A stretch of DNA of 60,659 nucleotides from an uncultured Planctomycetales bacterium (lineage in GTDB: Bacteria; Planctomycetota; Phycisphaerae; UBA1845; PWPN01), in NCBI GenBank assembly GCA_964511155.1, contig CAZEEJ010000005.1:1-60659 (forward strand), in the 5' to 3' direction. A model generated the notes under the pieces. The model did not search any database, was not told the DNA's origin, and worked only from the letters and a program-made list of their open reading frames with translations. This document shows positions 36,986-45,600 of this stretch, one piece after another (positions within the stretch are counted from its first letter, which is position 1; every line of letters starts with the position of its first letter). The position numbers and the translations under genes are program-made.

Positions 36986-38752
36986 ATGAGAACTCTAGCC
37001 CATGTGACGCACGAGGCGGTCCATAAGGTCGGCGGAATCGGGGCGGTCCTCGAGGGCCTGCTGACCAGCAACGCCTATCAGACCGCGGAACAGCGGACGA
37101 TCCTGATCGGACCGCTGTTCGCCGCCGAAGACGGGACCCATGGCCGGCTCGGCCCCTCTGGGGAGGTCCTCTACAGCAGCATCGACCATCTGCCCCCGCA
37201 CCCGGTCAGCAACGCGCTCGACCAGATCCGCCGCGACTTCCACGTACAGATGGTCTACGGCCACCGAACCTACACCAACCCGCACACCGGGGTGATCGTC
37301 TCGCCGGAGATTCTGCTGATCGACGTGTCCCGCATGGACCTGGGTCGGGTCAACTATTTCAAGTCCCGACTCTGGGAAAGCTTCGGCATCGACTCGCGCC
37401 GGTACGAGTCGTCGTGGGAATACGACCTCTACGTGAAGCTGGGCGCGGCCGCGATCGCCACGCTGCATGCGCTGGGCGCCGTGGACGATGAGTGCGTCGT
37501 GATCGCCCACGAGTTCATGGGCATGCCCGCCGCCCTGGCCGCCATGATCGACGCGAGCCCGGCCTTCCGCACCGTTTTTTACGCCCATGAGGTCTCCTCC
37601 GTACGACGGATCGTCGAGGATCACGGCGGGCACGACGTGATGTTCTACAACGTCCTCTCGCGGGCCATGGAGCATGGGCGGTACGTGACGGATGTGTTCG
37701 GCCCGCAGGATGGCTACTATCGGCACGCGCTGGTCGATGCCAGCCGACACTGCGACCGGATCTTCGCCGTCGGCGACATGGTGGCCAAAGAGCTGCGTTT
37801 CATGAGCCCGGGCTTTGCCGACGCCGGCATCAGCATCTGCTACAACGGCATCCCCGCCCAGGAGATCACTCTGGCCGAGAAACGCGCCAGCCGGGAGAAA
37901 CTCCAGGACTACGCCCAGACCCTGCTCGGCGATCGGCCCGACTACATCTTCACCCACGTCACGCGAACCGCACCGAGCAAGGGTCTCTGGCGCGACATCC
38001 GTGTGCTGGCTCAGCTCGAGCCGCTCTTCCGGGCGGCCGGGAAATCCGCCGTCCTCTTCGTTCTCTCCACCGAGGTGCCCGCCCGGCGACCGGTCGACGT
38101 GCGGCACATGGAACGCTGGTGGCATTGGCCCGTCGCCCACCGCGAGGGCGATCCCGACCTGTCCCACGGCGAGGCGATCTTCTACGCCGGCGTCCAGGAG
38201 TTCAACACGCGGGCACGCCAGATCAAGATGGTCTTCGTCAACCAATTCGGATGGGACCACGAAGTCTGCGGCGAGCGCATGCCCGAAGACATGACCTTCA
38301 TGGACCTGCGCCGCGGGGCGGACGTCGAGTTCGGGCAGAGCATCTACGAGCCGTTCGGCATCGCCCAACTCGAACCGCTCACCTTCGGGGCGGTCTGCGT
38401 GCCTTCGAATGTTTGCGGATGCGTGGGGTTCGTGCAGGAGGTCCTGGGCGCCCAGCGCACGCCCAACGTCATCGTCGCCGACTACTGCGACATGGGCCCG
38501 GAGCTTCGCGATGAACCCGGCTGGCTGGCCCTGACCCGTGAGGAACGCGACCGTCACGAGATGCACGTCGCCCAGCGCATCGCCGGACAAATCATGGCCG
38601 CCCTGCCGCCCGACGAGCGGGCCATCGAGCGTCTCATGGCCAGCGGCCTGGCCCTCGCCCGGCAAATGAGCTGGGAGGTGGTCGCCAGCCGCTTCGTTCT
38701 TCCGGGCATCGACGCCGCCTGCCAGCACCGGGACGGGGTCGAAGTTGCCTGA
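36986..38752 (+). CDS. Glycogen-synthase-like glycosyltransferase (eukaryote/GT3-type N-terminal motif)
   Basis: THEAVHKVGGIGAVLEGL...ILIGPL resembles the GT3 motif E.ANKVGGIYTV...IGP. HEFMGMPAAL, QSIYEPFGIAQLE. RBS AGGGGAGG 5 nt upstream of the ATG. Confidence 0.7.
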   Translation: MRTLAHVTHEAVHKVGGIGAVLEGLLTSNAYQTAEQRTILIGPLFAAEDGTHGRLGPSGEVLYSSIDHLPPHPVSNALDQIRRDFHVQMVYGHRTYTNPHTGVIVSPEILLIDVSRMDLGRVNYFKSRLWESFGIDSRRYESSWEYDLYVKLGAAAIATLHALGAVDDECVVIAHEFMGMPAALAAMIDASPAFRTVFYAHEVSSVRRIVEDHGGHDVMFYNVLSRAMEHGRYVTDVFGPQDGYYRHALVDASRHCDRIFAVGDMVAKELRFMSPGFADAGISICYNGIPAQEITLAEKRASREKLQDYAQTLLGDRPDYIFTHVTRTAPSKGLWRDIRVLAQLEPLFRAAGKSAVLFVLSTEVPARRPVDVRHMERWWHWPVAHREGDPDLSHGEAIFYAGVQEFNTRARQIKMVFVNQFGWDHEVCGERMPEDMTFMDLRRGADVEFGQSIYEPFGIAQLEPLTFGAVCVPSNVCGCVGFVQEVLGAQRTPNVIVADYCDMGPELRDEPGWLALTREERDRHEMHVAQRIAGQIMAALPPDERAIERLMASGLALARQMSWEVVASRFVLPGIDAACQHRDGVEVA

Positions 38753-38898
38753 GCACTCGGGAGACAACGGTCCGCGGACAGACGATCCGATTCCGCCACG
38801 GGCGGCACTGCGGTCTGCCCACTGACGGGCGAGGCGGACGTTTGGGGGACCACGGCACCGGGGAACGGCGGATCCGCTTCGGGCGAGTCCTGGCCGAA

Positions 38899-39294
38899 TT
38901 ACCTCAGCAGAATCACGAAACCCGCCTGCTCGAAATGGTGATCCCCGGTCAATGCCTCGCTGATTCCCCGCTCCTGCATAACGACGAAGGAGATACAGTC
39001 GGTCAGCGACCAGTCCTTATCCGGACGGCGGGCATACAGATCAACGCCGGCCTCAAACAGGTCCTCGCTTGCCGGCACAACGGTCACCTCGGGATCGTTC
39101 TTCAAGAGCTGCCACAAGGCGAGAAAATCGGCCCGCCTTTCGGGGGCTGCCAGTGCATCGGCTACCTCGGTCAACACCCATGCGGTGGTCACCACCCGGC
39201 CGCTCATCCGCTCGGATGCCCGAATAGCCCGCTCATGGGCGGTGTCATCGGCGTTGATGACCGCCAAGTAGTAGAAGGTATCGGCAAATGTCAC
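38899..39294 (-). CDS. vapC: PIN-domain toxin (VapC family)
   Basis: 131 aa. Acidic PIN residues in FADTFYY, TEVAD and LTDCISF. The GTG start overlaps the antitoxin stop (GTGA). Confidence 0.8.
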   Translation of the reverse strand: MTFADTFYYLAVINADDTAHERAIRASERMSGRVVTTAWVLTEVADALAAPERRADFLALWQLLKNDPEVTVVPASEDLFEAGVDLYARRPDKDWSLTDCISFVVMQERGISEALTGDHHFEQAGFVILLR

Positions 39295-39512
39295 TGTGAT
39301 GCCTTCGGCCGGCCGTGCAGGTAATGATCATGATTCCTGGCCAGATCCTTCGGAAGTCCGGTCGCGATGCCGATCACCGGCTTAAGCCGATCCGCCAGGC
39401 TCCGGGCAGGGAGTGCTTGTACCGCCTCGACTACGACCTCCGCGCCTTCATCCAGCCGAGCCCCCGCCTCCAACACCACCACCCCGCCTTTGACTTTGCC
39501 TCGGTACGTCAT
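39291..39512 (-). CDS. Small antitoxin (AF2212/DUF104-like) partner of VapC
   Basis: 73 aa, MTYRGKVKGGVVVLEAGARLDEGAEVVVEAV. ATG at 39510-39512. The listed 191-aa ORF upstream part overlaps the tail of the giant gene. Confidence 0.65.
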   Translation of the reverse strand: MTYRGKVKGGVVVLEAGARLDEGAEVVVEAVQALPARSLADRLKPVIGIATGLPKDLARNHDHYLHGRPKASQ

Positions 39513-39675
39513 GGTTTCACCTCGCCAAACGATTATATCACAGCGCGGGCTTTGCCCGCAACCCAAAGCGGCCAGGGGACTTACAGCTAGTCGCCTGAAG
39601 AAATCTTCGCACGGCGCGAAGAAATCAACCGTTAGTGGTACAGGAGGGGGTGGGCCACCTATCCCGGTCCATCGA

Positions 39676-42600
39676 TCAGGGCGCGCGGGTGCCCGGTTCG
39701 CAGGGGGCCAGGTGGGTGTTGAGGTGGCGACGGATGGCCACGAGGTCATCGAGGTCGATGATGCCGTCGGCGTTGACGTCGAGACGGAAGCGGGCGGCAT
39801 CGACGGGCCAGGCCATGGCGGTGCGGGCGGCGACCAGATCAAGCACATCCGCCACCCCGTCGCCATTCACGTCGCCCGGCAACAAGCGGACGCAGAACGT
39901 ATCCGTTACCAGGCAGGTCGGATCGCGGGCGTCGGCCAAGCCGGGGAAGGACACCATCACCGTCTCGGCGGGCACCGCATCGAGCATCACCGCCAGTTGA
40001 TCGTGATCCAGGGCGATATCCGCAACGGGCACCTCCGCGCCCGCGGCGTCGACGATACGAACGGCGGTCGGATGGAGCCCGGCCGGGGCCTGCACCGGTC
40101 GCGTGAAGTTGACAAGCAGCCAGGCCGGCCCGCCGATTCGACATTCGATGGGCGCGGGCTGACCGGGATCAGCCAGCAGTTCCTGATCGAAGCCGCCGGC
40201 CGCGCCGTGGGTCAGCCGCAAGACCGGCCGACGGCCCGCGGCGCGATCCACGACCGGCGGGTCGTCGGTGCAGGGAACGGTTGAGAACGACCATGCCTGG
40301 CCGACGCGCTGACCGCAGGCGTTGCGGGCGACGACGGTCCATTGGTAGGTGGTACCGAAATCGAGGGGAACCGGCAGATCGCACACCGGGCCGACGGCCC
40401 CCTCGCACATCAAGAGGCCCGGAGCCCCGGCCGGCCCGAGGTACACGTCGTAGGCCACCTGCCCGGCGGGGTTGACGCACAGGGTCATGGGGATCGCGGA
40501 ACCGCCCCAGAAGCGGGCGTCACCCCCGAGGGGCACGGCCTGGGCGGAACCGTAGAGGTAGCCCTCCAACGTCCCGAGCGGCCAGTCCACGGGGTAGCTC
40601 TGATGCTGCAGGCCGAAGCCGATACGCTCCATCCCCCAGGCCACGCCCAGAGCGTAGGCACGCTCCGGGTACAGCGGCACGTGCATGAGCCCAGAGCTGT
40701 AGAGGGTCTTGCCGGTTCCTGCAGCCTGCACGGTGCCGACCCGCAGGGGCATAAACAGCCCCGCCGGTGCGACGGCTTCCAGGACCAGGAACTCCAGGGA
40801 CGCTGCGCCGACGAAGTCGAGTTGCACCTTGAACTCGTGCAGGGTCTGCGGCTCGTTGACGGTGATGACGTTGGCGAGGACCTGGTCACGGGCGGAGTAG
40901 CTGACCTGGGCGGTACCCAGTGGGTGACACTGTTGCGGCACGGGCAGCCCGACGTTCCAGGCCAGCGGCGGCTCGGGCGGCACGTCCGGCTGACCGTCGG
41001 CCGGGTACGGCATCAGCGGCAACCGCGGCAACGCACAGACGCTCAGCACCAGCGTCCGTGAATGAGTCAGGATGGCATCCGTGTCGCGGAAGACGACCTC
41101 GACCGGGTGATCGCCCGGCGGGAGGCTGTCAGCCTGGAGATTCAGGCACACGGCCGCGGCGACGCTCCCGCCGGGCCCCAGGCTCCCGGCGGCCGGCTGC
41201 ACGTCCAGCCAGGCGGCACCGGGCTGGGCGACCCAGTTGACGGTCACCGGCCCGTTGTTGGACAAGAGGTATTCGATGCAGAGGGGTGTGAAAGGCCCCC
41301 CCTCCGGCCCGGTTACCATGCCGGGTTCCTCCGGCGGCGGCGCGACCTGCAGGTAGCCCGGCCCACCGGTACCCAGCAAGCGCACCTCCAGCCGAGGCAC
41401 ATCCGCCGCATTCCCGTCGATCCGCAGGGCACATTCGGCCGGCCCTTCGACCGTCGGCACAAACGTCACGGGTAGCTCGCGACACTCGCCCGGCGCCAAC
41501 ACCAGTGGTTCAGCCGGCGGATCGGGCAGCCGGAAGCCGGCGCAGGGATCAGGCATGGCGATGTCCTGCTGCACAGCCAGGAGTTCCAGCTCCCCCGCCG
41601 TCGGCTCGGGCGGCAGATCCTCGGGAACGCTTTGAGCCAACAAGTCGTCCACCGCGACCGGGGCGGCGCTCACGGGGATGGGAACCGGCTCAGAAGGCAG
41701 TGGCAACGGGCCGGTCACGCTCAAGTCATCATAGAAGTGCCGGGTCAATCGGCTTTCGGGCAAATCGCTGAAGCCGAGCAGGGCCACGTACCCGGCGTCC
41801 GGCAAAGCATCGTCGCTGCCCGCCCAGGCCAACATGCCGTTGAGGTAGACCTCGAGGCGCTCGCCGGCGAGGTTGACGGCCAGATGGTTGACGCCGATGA
41901 GGCCCTTGAGGTGCGGCGACGCCTGCCAGTCGGCCAGGAAGACGAACTCGCCTTCCAACTGCCGGCCGACGTAGAACCGGCCGGTGCCGCTGATTGCCAC
42001 CATGTAGGCCGACCCGGTCGCGGTGGCCCAGTCGAAGTCTTTAGTGGCCCGGACGGCCACGCCGGCCATGTTATTGGGACTGCCCAGGCGCCAGGTCCTG
42101 AACCGTACGCAGGCGTCCGCCCACTGCCGACCGACGTAGGTGGCCTGAAGCCGCGCGCCCGCGGCCTCGGACCAGGCTTGGTAACTGCCTTCGCGGGCTT
42201 CCCAGTGCTCCGACACCGCAGGCACCCAATCCTCCGGCGGCCCGTCCTCGAAACCCTCCGCGTACTGCTCCCAAGGCTCCCCGCGCACCCGGTCGAGCAC
42301 CAGGTCCGCCGAGGCGTGCGTGTTGCAGACGGTGACGGTCTCCGCACGGGCGGTGCCCAGGGCCGTTTCGCCGAACGGCACGGTCAGGTCGTCGGCGGGC
42401 TCGACGCTGTCGCGGGCCTCGACCGCGGCCACGGGCGGCGTCGAGAAGGACCAGACCGGCCCGGCGATGCGCCCGGCGCGATTCTCCGCCACTACCTGCC
42501 AGTAATAAGTCGTACCGTAGCGCAGCGGCGTCGGGCGGGGACAGCGGTGATCCAGGGCCGACCGGCAAGCGAGCGTCGCGGGCGGGTTGTCGGTTCCGAA

Positions 42601-45600
42601 ATAAACGTCGTAGGTGGTCGCGGCCCCGTGATGACGACCGACGTGTGCCACGGCGTTGGCCAGGATCAGCCCGCCGTCGGTTGCGGCGCTCCAGAACTCG
42701 ACGTTGACCCGGTCGGAGGTCGGGTAGAGCGCCAGATCCACGCGGGGTACGCCGTCGATCTCACGGACGGCGATGAGCGGCGCCCCGTCGCTCCACGCGG
42801 CCACGAAGGAGGCACCGGGCGACAGATACGACGAGCGCACGCGGAAACTGCGCTCACCGCCGTCGAAGCTGGTTATGCCGCTGAGCACCGGGTGCAACGG
42901 GTCGAAGCGGTCGCCGAGGGTCTGCCGCGGCCGGTCCAGCAGGCCGGGCAGGAGACCGCCCGGGTAGTCGATGCAGGAGTACCGGCCCTCCAGGAAGCGT
43001 CCGAGGAGCACGCTGTACGATCGGACGGAGACGTTGGCGAAAATCGCGACCACCACGCCGCCGCCTGCGTCGATGTAGTCGGCCAGCACGTCCCCGAGCG
43101 TAAACGGGTCGTCGAACTGATCGTTGCTCCAGACGATGACTCCGTCGAAGGCCAGGAGATCCGCCAGCGTCGGGGTCTCCCGGGCGGCATCGATGATGAC
43201 TACTTCGTGGAACCGGCCGCTGGCCAGGAGCCAGTCTCGCGTGTCGGTGAAATGCGGGTCGCCCGGGCCGGCCGGGTAGGCCGCCGCCACGATGGCCGCC
43301 CGGCGGTAGGCGGGCTCCGCTCCAGAGAAGGTCAAGGCGGACAGGTCAATGGGCACGGCTACGGCACCATCGGGCGGGTCCGGCCCGGCGAGTGGCGAAG
43401 GGGCCGCGACTACGCGGATGGTCGCGGTCGCCGGCAGAGACTCACCGCCGCCCGGGGGCTGGCCGCCGTCATGGGCACGGTAGGTGAATCGATCCACGCC
43501 GCTGAAGCCCGGATCGGGCGTATAGAGCACGCTGCCCGCGCCGATGTCGCCGCTAAGCTGCCCATGCGCGGGGTGGGTTTCCACCAGGTAATGGATATTA
43601 CCGGGCTGAGGAGGCTGGCCGTCGTCGTCAGCCGTCAGCACAACCGTCACCGGCGCGGCGACCGCGGTGGTGACGAGCACGTCACGGGCCGTCGGCGGGC
43701 TGGTGGCGATGACCGCCAACTGCACATCCCGTGCCGTGCCAACGCCGGCGGCGAGGTCGACGAAGTGCACCCGGGCGGCGTACGACCAGTCTCGGGGCGG
43801 CAGCGCGGCGGCGGCCTCGTTGACGCATACCTCGACGGTGACCGTCTGCTCCACCGTAAGCGTGCCGCCGTCGGGGGTTACCGTGACCCAAGGTTGATCC
43901 GCGGTCGCCGTCCAGGACACGTCTTCCGCGGGCTGGGCCGAGTTCCGCAGGGTATAAGTCGTGCAAGCCGGCTCGAACGGCCCGCCCGGCGCCCCCCGGG
44001 CCGCAAGGCCACTGGAGGGCTGCACAGCCAAATGGTCCGACCCGCAACCGGCCAGCCCGGGCAGATCGCTCTCGATGAAATCGGCCGGCACGCCCGTACC
44101 GCGGCTCAGGCCGACCACCGGGTCATTCGCCCCCGCTTCCAGCCACGACATGCGCAGCCGACCGTCGAAGAACATCTCCACCTGGAAGGTACTCAGCCGT
44201 GCCGTGGCCGCGTCGCGAATCTGCTCCCAGGTGACGGCGATCCGGTCGGTCAACTGCCGCCAACTGATATGACCATCCTCCGCTGGCGAATACCAATCGG
44301 TCAGGGCGGCTATGCGCGGCAAGGCGAAGTGCCCCGCCAGGTCGTTCGCCGCGGAGTCCCAGCTCGTGAAGGTGATCGATCCGCTGGTATTGATCCAGAA
44401 CACGTCGTAGGCGACGCCGTAGAGCATCACCTTGCGGCCGTCGAGCGGTCGAACCTGCGTATGATTCTTGACCCACGTGCCGCCCGACGGATCGATGGGC
44501 AACGCGTCGATGGGCGTCACGCAGGCACGGTAGAAGTCGATCGAGCCGTCGGGCGTGAACTGGACGCTGTGATGGGCCAGGGGGACCTCGCCGCGCAGAA
44601 AGTGCTGGGCGAAGTAGTCTGGGGCATCGGGAGTGGCCAGTACATGGCAGGCCCCGCCCTGATCGTCGAGGGTGACGTTGCCCGCCCGGTCCTGGGCGTG
44701 CACCGCGAACCGGTACGTCCGGTCGGGCAGCAAGCCCGCGAGCGACACGTTGTGCTCGGTGCCGTACCCGATCCCCAGGGCGGCCTGCTCCAGGTCGTCG
44801 CACGAGGTTCCCCAGTGCACCGCCACGCTCGCGGGCTCGTCCGTGCGAAGCATGACCCGTGCGGCCAGGGCCGACACTTCCGCTACGGCCAGCTCGGAGA
44901 TAACCGGAGCGACGCAATCCACAAGCGCCTCGGCCTGCGGGGTTGCCGAGGCCCCCTCCCCGGTATCGGCATCGAAGAACTCGACGGTGAGGATCTCGCC
45001 GTCGGCGGCCGCGAGCCCCCCGGCCTCGTTGAGCCGCACCGTACCGGTGAAAGTGCCGGTATCCGGCCCGGTCTCGGTCAAGAATAGCGAGGCGCCGGTC
45101 GGATCGCTCGACGTCCACACGCGGGCCTCGGCGACCTCGACCGTCGAGGGGTCTTCGTTCAGGTCGCAGTCGTTGACGGTGACCGTGACGCCGCCGGTGC
45201 AGGTATAAGCCTCCGCGTTGAGCGTCACCGTGGCGGCCCGCGAGCAGCCGATCATGGGCGGTGAGGTGACCAGCGAGAAGACCTGCGGCCCGAGGGGGAC
45301 GGCATGACCGCTCACCCGGATCACCCACAGGCCCGCGGTCGGCGTATCGACAACCACCTGCTCGATATTGTTGAGCCGGTCGGCGTGCGCGCGAACCGCG
45401 GGCTGGCCGGGCTGCTGCGGATCCAGCGTCCACGGGAAATGCACCACGTGGCCGTCCGGGGCGATGGCCACGACATCGAGATCGTTGACCAGTTGCGGGA
45501 TGGTGTTGGCCGCACCGGATGGGTCGTCCCAGGCCAACGTGGCCCGGAGTTCCGCCGTACCCGGCAACACGTCCACCAGGAACGAGCGGGCCTCCGACTG

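Noticed and set aside
36995-38767. 590-aa minus-strand ORF
   Set aside because: It is antisense to the glycogen-synthase-like gene, which has a strong RBS and conserved GT motifs. Its composition is low-complexity (G/D/V/H/R-rich).
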